Source of the DNA: Takakia lepidozioides
Taxonomy: Eukaryota > Plantae > Bryophyta
Assembly (NCBI GenBank): GCA_030704615.1
Contig: CM060734.1
Location: 25,482,001 to 25,546,000, forward strand
Length of the DNA: 64,000 nt
Direction of reading: 5' to 3'
The notes below the pieces were generated by a model. It did not search any database. It was not told the DNA's origin and saw only the letters and a list, made by a program, of their open reading frames with translations. Both the position numbers and the translations under genes were made by a program. Of this stretch, positions 49,801-63,190 are shown piece by piece (within the stretch, counting starts at the first letter, position 1; each line of letters opens with the position of its first letter).

Positions 49801-52222
49801 TGGATGCACCACGACATGCGCTTGATAGTGAAGCCCTCTAACAGCAAGAAACAACAATACTGAACATCAAGAGATTTCAAAGGTGCGACGTAGTATAGTG
49901 TCGTTGAAGATAGATTAATTGAAGATATTCGGATCAGCAGTTTGAATCTGGCTTCGTACGATATGGCAGATACAGACATTTATCAAAGTACAATCAAATT
50001 CAAATTGCAGGTGTTTCGCCACTATCTCCGTATGTACGTGGCTACAGCATATTGCCAGGCCTCAAGTATTATACTTAAACGCTAGACCATCACTGCCCAC
50101 CCACGGGCAGTACTTACAATCTCATATTTTTATTCAATATGTGCTTTGGTTGTTTCTTTGAATTAAGGGATATAATGAATACATCTATTTTTATAAATTG
50201 TATAAGAAAAATACATCTATTTTCCATAAAAAAATGGTTCTTGTCTCTCTTATCAAACTTTGAGTGGTTATGAGGTGGGACGGTTGTATGTTTGACATGA
50301 AACTGAGAAATTTAAATATAATTGTTATCAAATTTATTGATTAGTTCTGAGTACTAGGCTCAGTATGAACTCTAATATCATTATAGAGAGATAATCAGAT
50401 AATGTATTAAAAATTATTATATATTTAAACGTAATTCAAGACATATACTCGAATATAATTCTCGGGAAATAACATGGCATATTTAGACGTAATTCAGGAC
50501 ATATACTCGAATATAATTCTCAGGAAATAACATGGCATGTAGTGCAGTACCAGACTCCATAGTATGGGATCCCTGGAGATAGTACTTGAATATGTTGCCA
50601 TCAATGTATGGAAGTGCATATCAAAGACAGCATGAGATGGCCCACGAGCATACATCGCTGTGCATGACATTGAGCATGGGGCATGCGTGAAGAAGAGGGT
50701 TTTATTGTGAGAAATTTGCATTTTAAATCTGGAAAGTCGATTAGGTGCATCCAGGCCACACTTGGGGACTTGGCCCGCGCCACAGCTCCTCACATCACAG
50801 GTGAGAAGTGCAAATTGGCCGTTCCTGCCACAGGTGCAAACAGGACGCCATATTCAGCCCCATTTTGGGCAGCTAACCTGCCCTCCATCCTATGTGTCAA
50901 CTAGGGTCAGGTTAGGGAGAAATTCCAGGCACCCCCCACTTGCGCAGTGTGGCGGGTCTCCCAACACCCTTTATTTCGCCCCCTCCACCCTAAAGCGCCC
51001 CCATTGGCAGGCAAAGGCATCCCCCCAAAACCCACATACCTTAGGGCTACCAGCCAGAAAGTATAGGCAAACATAGGTGCACGTGGAGAAGTCATGGGCA
51101 GGGGAAAAAATCATATGAAGGGAAGCTCTGATTGGTGCGAAAGTTTTTTTGTGCTTACAAAAACCTGCCCACTACAGTACAACCGGAGCGATTGACAATT
51201 CAACGGTTCAGAGCTTTTCACCGAATTTTCTAATACAGTTTTGTGCTTGCCCCTTTGATATTGGGAAATTTGACCCCCCAAATTGGCCATACAAAGCAGC
51301 CCACATGAGAACATGTCAGAAAAAGCTGAAATTTTCAGGGCAGGTGTCTTACCTGGCAGGGTACAATAATATGGTTTGTGTCATGTCAAAAAATTTCACA
51401 GCTGGGAAATTCGATAAGAAAAGCTGTGTTTTTTACCCCATTGTAAATAGGAAATTTATTTTTGGCCCAACTTTCAACATTATAATCTTGCAATCCGGCG
51501 GTTCGATTTGGACCAGACTTTTTGTGGTCATAGCTGGGGTAGGTAGGAACATATTACAACGGGGTCAGTTCCTGATGAAATCTCAAGATATAAATTATTT
51601 AGTGGGGAAGGGTCAATTTTTTGGGGGTGGACCCAAAAATTGGGGTTAGTCCTTTAAGAGCCATGAGAGCATCTGGTCAATCATTAAATGCAGTGATTGT
51701 TTAGCCAATTATTCTAGGATTTCTCAGAGCTAAAGCACCACAAGCTCTAGGAAAATATTTTGTGCCCTTTTTTTTTGGAAAGGGGACGGAGGCCCTTTTA
51801 ATCAAATTAAATAAAAGGAGGTTACAAAATGGTGGAAAAAATAACCATGGAGAGGCCGTGAGGGTTACTGATGGGGAACATCCCACTCACGAAGCTAAGC
51901 GAGCTTTGTGCCTTGAAACATCTTTGAGTAGTTTGTTTGAGATTGTAGGCATTTTTTTATGAACTTTCTGAAATTTCAACAGTTTTTTCTAAATTTCCAC
52001 TTATTTATTAGGCATGTTCATTTCTAATTATTTATTGCGGAATCAGCCTGCCCACTACGGTATCTATAACACAAGTATATGTGTTGGTGGAAGGTGACAA
52101 AACTTTCCAACTTACAATTGAAAATATCCATGCTCAAGCATATGTGTCCAGTTCATAGGAGAACACATTATTATCAGTTGAGTCTTGTCAATGAACCTCT
52201 TCCGCTTATTCTACACTACGAG

Positions 52223-52397
52223 GACGACCAGCATGTAGCCCAGTGGTGATGGGCACATACCACGTTGGATGTGGTTGTGGGTTCAAACAACCGTCTGGTG
52301 TGTCATGAAGGTGTCCACCTTCCTACTGCAAGGTAGTAGCCTTCGAGGTCAAGTGACATCATAAGTTACGCTCCCTTGGGGAGGCGTCATACTTCTA
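52223..52397 (+). mobile_element. Putative tRNA-derived SINE with 11-bp target-site duplication
   Basis: A-box TAGCCCAGTGG (52236) and B-box-like GGTTCAAAC (52280). TACACTACGAG flanks it at 52212-52222 and 52398-52408. Confidence 0.6.
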
Positions 52398-52592
52398 TAC
52401 ACTACGAGACTGTGTGCTTACCAATAAAAATACCCTCACAAAGGTAATTCTACAAGTCGGTTCTACCGAAAATTATTCTAGGGGAGATACCCTCGTGAAG
52501 GTAATTTCTATATCATGTACAGCACCTCCTTGGCACAAGGGTCTCGGCTACAAGCAGGAAGGAAGAAAAGGGGAGAGAGGAGGGCGGCACCG

Positions 52593-55007
52593 ATGGCAGG
52601 CCCTGCAACGCCAGCCAACAGTGATAAGAAGGCAGTGAACTTGCACGACCCCTACTCCATCAAGCGTGTCCTCGATGACGCGATCTCCGAGGTTTGTTGC
52701 ATACCTTCCTTCCGGTTGTATTTTCATGTACTAACCTGTGTGCTATTCAGCTTGAGGGTGCTTCAGATTTGAAATAGGGCGGAGATTGTGGGCGCTCCTC
52801 AACTGGTGGTGGTAAACGTCAATTAGTGGAGATGACGGATTAGTCAGCAGTGGTAGGTTGATTTGAATCTGGAAGTGGGGGCAGAGAAAGAGAGGTCGAG
52901 AGAAAGGGACCTCTCAACGAACTCACTCTCAAATTCTCGTTTGTGATCAATCTGGTCCAGTCTTTCTGCTACCCTTCATTCACTTTGGCTCCCACCTCCC
53001 ACCCCTCTAGAATTGGACACGATTGAAGTGAGATTGCTTCATCTTCAAATTATTCTCACGCCTTCGAGTTAGGGCAATACTTGATCTTTAAACGGAGCAG
53101 ATCGGTGTCATACATGGTCAGAAAATTGATGTATTTAGGCAACACGTTGTGTTCATCATGGTTTGCAGATAATACTGGGACGAGGTTATGTGGAGAACGT
53201 GAGCATCAGCAATGTGAAGATGGGCATTGGCGTCATCACATGTGCCATTGCGCTTGCTGCCCAGTTCTATCCCAAAAAGTTTCCAGAAAACAAGTCATTC
53301 CTTATTGGCTGCATCATCTTATATCCTCCCAACTTTGCAGTTTGAGATTATGCTGGCCACTTTTCTGGACAGTTTCCGTGTCAGTGTCTTCTCTAGAACT
53401 GGGAGTGGTGCAAAGGGGAAAGGAACATTGGGAACATTAGTCTAGGTAGACAGACAAAAGTAACTCCAAACTAGTGCAAGAGGAGTGATGGTGGGGGGAA
53501 ATGGGACGTGGTAGGGTAAGTCCAGGGAAAGGGAATGAACACATATAGATATTCATTCGAAAGATCATGGATGCATGCATATCCTTGACTAGTGCAAGTA
53601 CGTGATATTCAACGCGATTTTGCAGTATATCATCCTCACCAAAGAAAAGCAGCACATCATTATAACCTACCCTTTCCCGGTATGTTATACCTACTCTGCA
53701 GTTCTCTTTTGTCCTCACTCTTGTAAAGTTATTAAGCTCTTTCTTTCTTGCAGAAATGCTTGGCCAGGATATCTGTGCGAGGCATTACACATCTTAGAGA
53801 AACCTTTGATGAATAGTTGTTTTTGGACTGCTTCTTGAGGGCCCCACTCTCTTTCTTGTGTCCTGCGTTCTTTTGTCCCATATGCTCTCTGAGCTTTCTG
53901 TATTATGAGATCCGTGGGAGATTCCACTGTCAATTCCGTGGTACTCAGTCTTTCACTGAAGTCTTCCATTATGGGGATCAGAAATGCTTGGCAGCTTACC
54001 TGCACAAGGCCTTGACCCTTAGGCAATCCCTTATGCGGTAGTTGCTTTTGGGCTGCTTTTTGGCCTGGTTTTGTCTCCTCTCTCTTGTTTTTTTCCGTCC
54101 AGACGTTATAAAGTACCATGTCATTTCATTTCTTTCTTTTCTCCCTTCTCTCTCCCTCCTCTCGTCTTTTGTAGTCAAACTTTGTCCCATTGGGCCCCTA
54201 GGCTGCCTGTGGATGTTGCAGAATAGAGTTAGGGGGGTCAAGCATCCATTGTTGTTAAAATACAATCAAAGAGGAAAGTATCTTGTATTGGTTAGGTTGT
54301 CTCATCACAATTTGTTGTCCTGGGCTTGAGGTACAGGGTTCATTTAGCAGTACTGGTTTGGCTGTGTCCTCAAAGCTACCCCGCTATTCAGACAAGTATA
54401 CTCTGTGGATAGCAAGCTCTGACCCGCAATCCATTGCTGCCCACTCACCTGTGGAGTTGACTAAGAGTGTGACCAAATGGTACGTAAATTGTGATGGCGA
54501 GATACCTATACATCTATTTACTTGCTGAGCGTAACAACTTATGAAAAAGGGTGACGCTTCACTGGGTAAGAAGCCTCTTGGTCACACTAGCTTCTCTGTT
54601 TGCTTCATGTTTTTTGTGGTTTTACTTGTTTGTTCTACTTCTGTCCCTCGGACAATGCTGGCCATTTGGGCTTCCCACGGATGTGATATCGTCTTTCTCT
54701 CTGCGTCTGTAGTTCTATGTGTCCTTGCTGACAGTTTAGTACAAGTGCTGAGGACTAAGGGTGCAGTGGTGACTTCAACGCTTTTCCTCTCTCTTCAACA
54801 TATGGCCGGTGACAGGGTCTGAGTGAACTGCAATCTCTTGACCTTTCTGTCAGTTGGTGGCTGACCTCAGAACTAAGAGTTTGAAGTGATGGGAAATGTT
54901 TATGGTGCAGGTTTACAAAAGATGGATTCCTTGCAGAGGGCATATTTGGGGATGATGTTGAGAGCTTAATGGATGATTTTGAAAAGGGATCTCGCAAGAA
55001 TAAGTGA
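52593..55007 (+). CDS. SPCS2: Signal peptidase complex subunit 2 (SPC25); exons 52593-52691, 53169-53320, 53598-53679, 54337-54479, 54911-55007
   Basis: The spliced ORF is intact: KAVNLHDPYSIKRVLDDAISE / RGYVENVSISNVK..AQFYPKKFPEN / TKEK / TGLAVSSKLPRYSDKYTL..KSVTKW / FTKDG..DVESL*. Confidence 0.93.
53321..53597 (+). other. U12-type (minor spliceosome) intron with AT-AA termini
   Basis: 5' site ATATCCTCC and branch point TCCTTGAC at 53582-53589. Of the nearby acceptors, only the AA at 53597 restores the frame (TT|G TAC GTG). Confidence 0.8.
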
Positions 55008-55529
55008 ATTCAAGGACAAATCCCATGAAGGGCTGATGGTGATAAAAGATTACGGTTGTTATCCAATGACCTTTTCAGTTATTTGACAGTTGTGGATTGA
55101 GGAGAAGTAATCAGTTTCTCCCATCGCCTGTCTCCTCAAAGCACGAAGTGTTTTGACCGGGAGATGGTGTGCATCTGCTAGTGAGTAATGTTGTTGACTA
55201 ATGCGCAAGTTTTAATGCATCATTTAATGCCTGTCGAAGCTACAGTTGCCATAAAACTCAAAACTGTAAAGTCGTTTACACATTGCGAAGTGGCAATAAA
55301 TGTACTCCATGGATGTGTGGCTGGTTATCATATTTTTGGGAAGTAATGTCAACATTAAGGATGTAAGGGGGATAAAGGGAGATCAAGGATTCATTTTTTA
55401 CCCATATGAAGGAGAAACTCGTGGAGAATGCAAGTCAGTCATCTGATTTTAAATGGAAGTGGGGTTCTCCAAGCTTGCATCTTGCACCATATTATTGTGT
55501 GCACACAGTTTGTATATTTCTAAACATCA

Positions 55530-57384
55530 TGTCGTGCGCATACATATCACTACACAACTACATCGTTGTCCAAAACCACACAACACATGTGCACGCCACA
55601 CACTAGTATACCACTAGTCCACCACTAGTCCAATCACTAGGCTACAACTAGTCAGTCACTAGGTTACCACTATGCTGCCCACTATGGCAGTCACTAGTCC
55701 ACACAATCCCAATCTCCTAGGTGTCCCTTCTGCAAGCCATACTTGCGCAAACCCCTCTTCACCGTCTGAACAACTCGCTCTGCCAAGCCATCGGCCTCAG
55801 GATGATCCCGAGAAGTGGTGCGGTGGTCTATCAAGGTTTTATCACACAAAGCCTGAAACTCCCCAAGAACTCTCTCTCTTCGTCCGTGAGTACCTCAGCT
55901 GGAGCACCGAATCGGCTAAGCACACGATCCAAGAATGCATACGCACCCCCCTCACTAGCCTTATCAGACAATGGAACCAACTCAATCCACTTGGAGAAGT
56001 GCTCCACCATCACCAACACATATCTGTGGTGGCGCATAGTCAGTGGCAACGGTCCTGCGAAATCAAGATTCCACCTGTAGCCCAATCCCATGATTGATAA
56101 AAGATGCAACTGTGGTGTAGGGGCGTTGAATGAAGCACACACCCTGTCACACACCATGCACCTAGCCACGAACTGTTGCACCTCTGTGTACATACCACGC
56201 CACCAATATTGCCCCTGCAGTAAACTGTGAGTGCGTCGCATTCCAAAATGCCCCAACTCTTCATGGGCATGCCTCACTAACCGTGCACGCTGTGTTGGGT
56301 GAGGCACGATCCTCACCCGACCATCCTCCCATACTCGAAGCAGGTGTATCCCCTCCCATTTGAACCTCTTGGCTCGTTGCAGGATCCGATCCCTCTCTCT
56401 GGCAGTCACAATGGCTCTCGTGTCTCCCGTGCGGAGGTAGTCCAACATAGCCGAATCCTCATGTATATCTTTGGCACCACCTGGCTCATCATTAGCCTCA
56501 GGGTCCTCAGACACTCCGTCTACAGTCATCCCTGTTGTAGGTTCAACCTGACCTCTCGATGCCAAGATACACAAAAATACAGATGCGTGCCATCCCAACA
56601 CCATCTCCTCGTCCGTCTCACCATGCCACCGAGCTCCAGTGTCATCTTGCTGGCTCGTGCATGGATTGCGACTCAATCCATCCGCAACCCGATTGACCAA
56701 ACCTGGTCGATGCACAACCTGAAAGTCATACTCCTGGAGTATGAGTGCCCACTATGCAAGCTTCCCCGTAAGCTTGTCTGACTCCATCAACCACTTGAGT
56801 GGCTGGTGATCCGTGACAAGGGTGAAAAGATTGCCGTATAGATAGCACCTGAAGTGTGCCACGGCCCACACTGTAGTTAAGCACTCTCCCTCATATGAGC
56901 TGTACTTAGCCTCTGCAGCGTTGTTCGAGCGACTAGCATAAGCCACTACGAACTCTCTTCCCTCATCATCCACCTGTGTGAGCACCGCTCCAAGCCCTAG
57001 CATGCTCCAATCCGTATGCAGCTGAAAGGGACGCCCCCTAATAGGTCATATCAGGATAGACGCCGAGGTCAACCTCGCCTTGAGCTCTTGAAAAGTTCGT
57101 TCCTGCTCATCTTCTCACTGCCACTCCTGGTCCACCTTGGTCAGCTTGGTTAGAGCCTTTGCAATGGCACTAAATCCCTTGACAAAACGTCTATAAATAG
57201 TTTGTCAACCCCATGAAAGCTCGAACTCGGCTTACATCCGTGGGGCGTGGAATTTGTGCAATAGCCTCTACCTTAGTCTGCTGTACCTCCAATCCTCCAG
57301 GATATATCATGTGACCCAGATACTCAATCTGGTTGTGGAAAAACTTGCACTTCCCTGGATGCAACTTCAATCCGTGCGCTCTCA
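55530..57384 (-). mobile_element. Second, partial copy of the DNMT-gypsy family (end of RT, RNaseH, integrase N-half, repeat B)
   Basis: High identity to 29340-30750. Retains the integrase HHCC (HAHEELGHFG..CMVCD). Ends at the full repeat B, 55530-55705. Confidence 0.92.
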
Positions 57385-57519
57385 GAAAATTTGAGAGGAA
57401 TATGTGACGAAATTCTTAAGGATTAATGGCTATGTGGAATGGATGAATGTAGAATGAATACATGATGACAAAAGATGGATGAATGAAGCATGGATGACAG
57501 CAACACGAGGTTAATTTCG

Positions 57520-58160
57520 GAGAACTTGAAATCAACCTTGTGTCAACACGAGGTTGATTTGCGAATGGAAGTGGATGATTACGGTTTTATTTTTTATTTT
57601 TTATTTTTTTCCCAATTGTTTTTAAAAAAAGACGCAGGATGCAAATCAACCTTGCGTTGACGCAAGGTTCATTTGAGGAATGAAAGCATCATTTTTCCAA
57701 AAAGAAAAAAAGAAGAAAAAAAAAATTGAAGTCGCAGGATGTAAATCAACCTTGCGTTGACGCAAGGTTGATTTGAGAAATGAAAGCATCATTTTCAAAA
57801 AAACAAAATTAAAATAAAATAAAAATTGGAGTCGCATGATGCAAAACAACCTTGCGTTGACGCAACCTTGATTTGAGAAATGAAAGCATATTTTTTCCCA
57901 AAAAAAAAGTTGAAGTCGCAGGATGCAAATCAACCTTGCATTGAGGCAACCTTGATTTGAGAAATGAAAGCATCATTTTTGCACTGTATTTTGCATTTTG
58001 TATGAGACACAATCAAGGTTGCGTTAACACAACCTTGATTATGCTATGGATTTCAATCGCCTCTTTCGGGAAATAAATCTTCGTCTTGCTTAGTGTTTCG
58101 TGTCTTCTAGTCTTTTGGGAAGTTCAGGGATCAACCTTGCATCAACGCGACATTGATTAC
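57520..58160. repeat. Array of palindromic AAATCAACCTTGCGT-TG-ACGCAAGGTTGATTT units (~85-100 bp period) with A-rich linkers
   Basis: Perfect 15-bp-arm hairpin at ~57743-57774, with degenerate copies near 57530, 57643, 57843, 57926, 58011 and 58130. Confidence 0.85.
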
Positions 58161-58577
58161 AAGGGGGTTTAATGGGAATTAACAAGCACCTGCTGCATCT
58201 GTGTTTTCTGAATGTATGGTTCAGGTACATCTACCATATCCTCATTCCGGGGAAGTACTTGAGCGATGATCCTTGATAATACATCCAGTCTTTAACCATC
58301 CATTCATCCATTGTTCATGCATTGCGAAGCATATGTCTATCCATCAGTCACCTCGCATTCAACCATTCATGAATTATTCCTCCATCATTCATCGATTATT
58401 CATCCAACATTCATCCAGCAGTCATCCAAGTACGCATGATATGTACACTCATTCCCACGGAAATAGGTCTCACGGGGCTTCCTTATCTGCGATTGTAGGC
58501 CCATGCACCCTATTACGTGAGCATCTTTCCGCTCACGGATTGGCATCTTCCCGCTCACGCATCTTTCCGCTCACGGA

Positions 58578-60190
58578 CTAGCATGCCCCAATGGGATGCA
58601 TCGCCACGTAAGAGGGTACTCCTTTAATTCGGTGTAGGACCATGCAAAGATGTCCCGAAATTCCTTGAACAGTGCCTGATACTCCAAAGCCTGCTCTGAT
58701 GTCAATTGGGCTCCCACCTTCACCATCTTGGATGATTCTCCTCCAACCGCCATGTCGACCAACTGCGAAGTTGGCTCTGACGTGAAAGTCGACCCGGTTC
58801 AAACCGCGATCCGCTTGATCCCTGCTGCAAATAGGGAATGTAGGGGGCGCTATGTTTCATGACATCCCTTTCCAAATCGACCTCCTCCACAATTCTCATA
58901 TAATGTTCTCGCCATTTTCCTCTTGAGGAATCTCCTGTTCTTGCAGACCAACCTGTTCGGCGGATATGGAAAAGAGCTCAGTTATCAATTTGAGCTCTGG
59001 AAGTGCCTCGGTCGATAACGAGTGTACCACACTTCCCTGCCTTGGTTTTCTCCGAACAACCAGGCGATGCAGTCTGCATCAGGACTCGCATTCATATAAT
59101 CCCGGTCCTAGAGACTTGACTGCATCTTCTAGTCCTACCTTTCTTTGCTTAACCTCCCTGTGAAGAGCGGTAGATGTTGTCAAAACTTGGTGGGCGTGCG
59201 AGGTGGGAAGGAGCTCTCCCTCTGACCACAAATCCTCCTCACTCAAGTCTGCAGATTCCTCTTCAGAGCCAATCATGCTGAGCTCATCTTTCTCTTCATG
59301 AGGTGCTCCAGAAAGAAATGCAACAGTGGTAATGTAAGGTCTTACTCCGTAAGTAATGGTACCTGCCCCCCAGTCCGTTCGTGCCTTGGACTGGACCAAC
59401 CATGGCCTCCCTAATATGAGTGTGTACAAATATTCATTGATGGGGAAGTCTATGATTTGGAAGTCTACCGCGTACGTATAGCCTCATGTCTTCATCTTGA
59501 CATTTGCTATGTGTCCCACCGGTCGGATCTTCCGCTAGTCAGCTAGCCTGATCGTCAGAGGGAATTCTCCTGTCATGTTCAAACCTAGTTTGGATAGGGT
59601 GGAGAGTGGCATGATGTTGACTGAGCTCCCATCATCCACCAACGCCGTATGAATCAATCAGCAATTTTCACTTCCATCTCCACCGGTCCTGGGTCGATGT
59701 GGGCATTAATGTGGTGGGCTTGAGCAGAAGAGCTTACCTGCTTCCTCACCAAAGATGGCTTGAGAGCGTGGCGAACGGTGGGCGCCATGGCTATGAGCTG
59801 CGAAAACGTAATGTTTGCCTGAATATGGCAAAGATCCTCCATTAGGTTGTATGGTTCTAATTCATCTGTGAACCGCATGGTTGAATACATTCTCCTCCGG
59901 AAAAATTGTTCTGGTGCCGCCGGCCGATTTGCCGAACTTTTCGCTCTTGCTACAGGTGGTCGGGAAAGGGTCGGTCGGACTACTTGAGATTCCGTTTCCG
60001 CGAATGCTACCTCCTTTTCTTTGGGGTGAATGTCATCCTCTTCCCAAAGCACAGTCTCCGTCACTTTTCGTGTGCATCTGACTTCATCACAGTGAAGTTC
60101 AGATCCTCGTGCTCTGATGCGGACGTGGCTGACTCCGACGCCACATACCCAGGGCCTTTCCCTAGCGTATCTCGTTGCTGCCGGGTCATC
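58578..60190 (-). mobile_element. Unrelated Ty3/gypsy remnant (gag C-term, protease, pre-RT linker)
   Basis: NLMEDLCHIQANITFSQL, ALVDDGSSVNIMPLSTL, LILGRPWL, and LFKEFRDIFAWSY. Truncated before RT. Confidence 0.8.
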
Positions 60191-60199
60191 ACGGTGTCC

Positions 60200-60900
60200 T
60201 CACCACATTGTCGACCTTGACCTTGTGTCATGACCCATGGAGGATTTGACCGACCATCAACCCAAAATGACCTCTTGTGTGTGCTGTTTGTGTCTGTAGT
60301 CAGGTAATATCAGATTGGTCCATGAGAACCACCACGGTGCAGCTGAGCAAGCAAAGATTGAAACACGGCCTGCTAAGACCAACCTGACTCTCCCAAGAAC
60401 CTTGTAAACATCAGGAAGAATACCAAATCATGGTACTAACAAGGGCCAAAAGCCCACATTTGGAGGATGAACAAACTTCTTCACATCCTACATTAATAAA
60501 GAGCCACACCTTGCAATTGCGATTGTCCCACCATCGTGAAGGATCTGTAAAAAACTCATGCCAGCTCTGCTCCGTGCTGCAAATTCAGGGCCGAGTCTGA
60601 TGAGAGGGCAAAACAGACTAAAATAGGTCAAAGAAGAAAGTGCCCTCACCACATTGTCCTCGACCTTGTGTCATGACCCATGGAGGATTTGACTAACCAT
60701 GAACCCAAATGGACCTCTTGTGTGTGCTGCTTGTGTCTGTAGTCCGGTAATGTCGGATTGGTCCATGAGAACCACCACGGTGCAGCTGAGCGAGGAGAGA
60801 TTGAAACACGACCTACTGAGACCAACCCGACTCTCCCAAGAACCTTCAGGAAGAATACCACATTTGCAGGATGGACAAACTCCTTCACATCGCCACCTCA
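60200..60900 (-). pseudogene. OSB-type PDF-motif relics with local duplication
   Basis: WHEFFTDPSRWWDNR at ~60520-60563 and NPTLPDYRHK. 60200-60415 is duplicated at 60645-60850. Confidence 0.72.
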
Positions 60901-62409
60901 ATGGATTCTAGAGACTTAGCCTGGTTGGAGTTATCGACGGTGAACACCAGCGAAGAGGACAAGGACTTAGTGTGCGCAACAACGATATGGCTTAGTAGGG
61001 CTTAGTGGGGCTTAGTGCACGAAGGGGAAAAAAAACGACGCAAATAGTTTGAGCCCGCGACGTCGCGGCGGGCAGGAAGAGCCCTTACCAGTACGCTACA
61101 TATACACATTTGAAATTCCCCCCAAAAGTATGTATATATTTTGAACATTTTCCAGCCCCTTTATATATACATAGTCTGTATGTGGGGTATTAAATTAACC
61201 CCCTTCTGTTCACACACGTGATAGGTACATCTCGATGGATGAATGTATTGAGAGATAGATGGATTTTGGGTTTTCCATCAATCTATGCATTCATAAGTTC
61301 ATCCAATAGTTGCCAGCAAGGCGTTTGCTTTTTCATTCGTTCATACGTTCATCCAGTGCACAAAAGTTATGTTTGATACGTTCATCCAATAGTTGCCGGC
61401 AAGGCGTTTGTGTATCATTCGTTGAGATAATACAGTTGTTTTGTTTCACTAACCTTAACCAGCAGTCAATTAGTTTACTATTAATCTGCTGGGTAGTGAA
61501 ACAATAGTTCAATGTTTTTACTACTTATTATCCACATACATATTGCTATATAAATTTATATATTGTAATTACACATGCCATAGCTTAAATGGTCGTCTCA
61601 TTCAACTGAATTTAGGTAGTCAAAGTCTCTCTCTGTGGCCTGACACAGTCAAAATTTTAGCGGTTGTGTGGCACCTCGAATATTTCAATATAATTTTTGA
61701 CTGCGGAATGGTTGGAACAATCGAAAGTGACAACAGTCGAAAAAAAACGTCAAACTGAAAGGTTGAAAATCCCAGGGTATGTTGTAGTGCGTACAGATGC
61801 TTGGCATGCAGGCCGTGGGCTACATAATTCCTCTTATCACAGATTAGTAGCTGACCGATCACCTAAGATCTCTGCCCTTTTGTTCAAGGATTTCTCTCTC
61901 TGATGTACTTTTGTTCTCAATACTGGCTCCAAATGGAATAGCAAGCTTCTACAAATTAGCAATGTTACTGAAGATCTAGTATCTAGCAAGCTAATATGCC
62001 CGGATTGTCATATGGAATCTATACTGAACATGAGTAACTTCAAATCCTACCTCATGATGGTAGCAACTACTTCTGAGAGCCTCTTCGAAAGCAATTGCAT
62101 TGTGAATATTTTCATATTAGGTCAGCAATGTAGGAACATGTATGTAGCTGCAAGTGCATTTACGGGGTTTTAACAATCATGTGTAGTAAGCTGAAGGTGT
62201 GAACTTCTAGCAAAGTTGAGTAGATCATCTTGACAATCACCATGTCATTTAAGATGCAGCTTCCATCTTTTCCATCCCTATGTCACAGTTACTCTGAACT
62301 GGGTGGCCCAACAATCTTTGGCTGAAGAGACTTCTTCCTGCACCTTCCAGTGGGATTCCTGGGGCAGAATGTGATTTTCTAGTACATTCACATATTTGGC
62401 TAAATTTGC

Positions 62410-63190
62410 ATGTTATCTCACACTGGAAGGTTTGTCAATGAGTTATTTCAACTGCCTGTTGTTGTAACACGGGCGGAAGCGTTGTTTGCACGGATGAATT
62501 CAGACACAAAAGTTGACACTGGATACAACCCGCTAAGGGAGCAGTCGACCCAAAGCATCATGTTTTTTGTGAGATCCCTCATGCTGATAGCTTTCCTTCT
62601 GATCATCCGCCTTGCCGTGAAGGTGTGGAAGGAACGTATGGTAGCTGCCGCTCAGGCAGAGCTCAAATCAGCTGCAGTGGAACTCCCGAGAGAAAGCAAT
62701 GTAATTTTGGTCTGTGGGATCACCTATGTTGTAAGTTTCCTGGTGGTGCTTCCTGTTCATGTTGCTATGACTAACCATGACCAAACAACATTGACCAAGG
62801 AAGTCAATGACTTGCAAATGTCCGAGACTCATGCCCTGCTGAAGGAAGCAAAGGAGTATTGGGTACTGGTGGAGGACCTGGTCCTGGTGCCGTAGGTTGT
62901 GGGTTCAGGTCTGTGGGTTGTGAAAGGGGAACCCCTTCATGTCATGTAATGAATTGGAGTTACAATGCTACGATTGCTGCCCCATATGTACGATAGGCTC
63001 CGCACACCTCCCTTCAACCCATACTTCAGTGATTATATATATGCAAACCCAGCCATGGATTTTTATTGGACAAAGCTGGTGATATGGTGATTCCGGTGTT
63101 TACATTGACTCTTGCAGCCATGGTCTACGTGTAGCAGATATGGAAGGGTTTGCTTGTGGTACAAACCCGAAGCTTGTACGATAGATTGCC
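62410..63190 (+). pseudogene. DUF2921-family membrane protein, 3' part with premature stops
   Basis: AFLLIIRLAVKVW..EYWVLVEDLVLVP*..IGVTMLRLLPHMYD..NPYFSDYIYANPAMDFY..GDMVIP. Confidence 0.75.

Noticed and set aside
50690-51660. MITE/DNA-transposon-like non-coding segment
   Set aside because: Matching TIRs or a TSD could not be identified.
57520-58160. CRISPR-like spaced palindromes
   Set aside because: Linkers are homologous A-rich sequence rather than unique spacers.
61050-61100. GC hairpin resembling a Helitron 3' end
   Set aside because: No properly spaced CTRR terminus and no 5' TC end or Rep/helicase.
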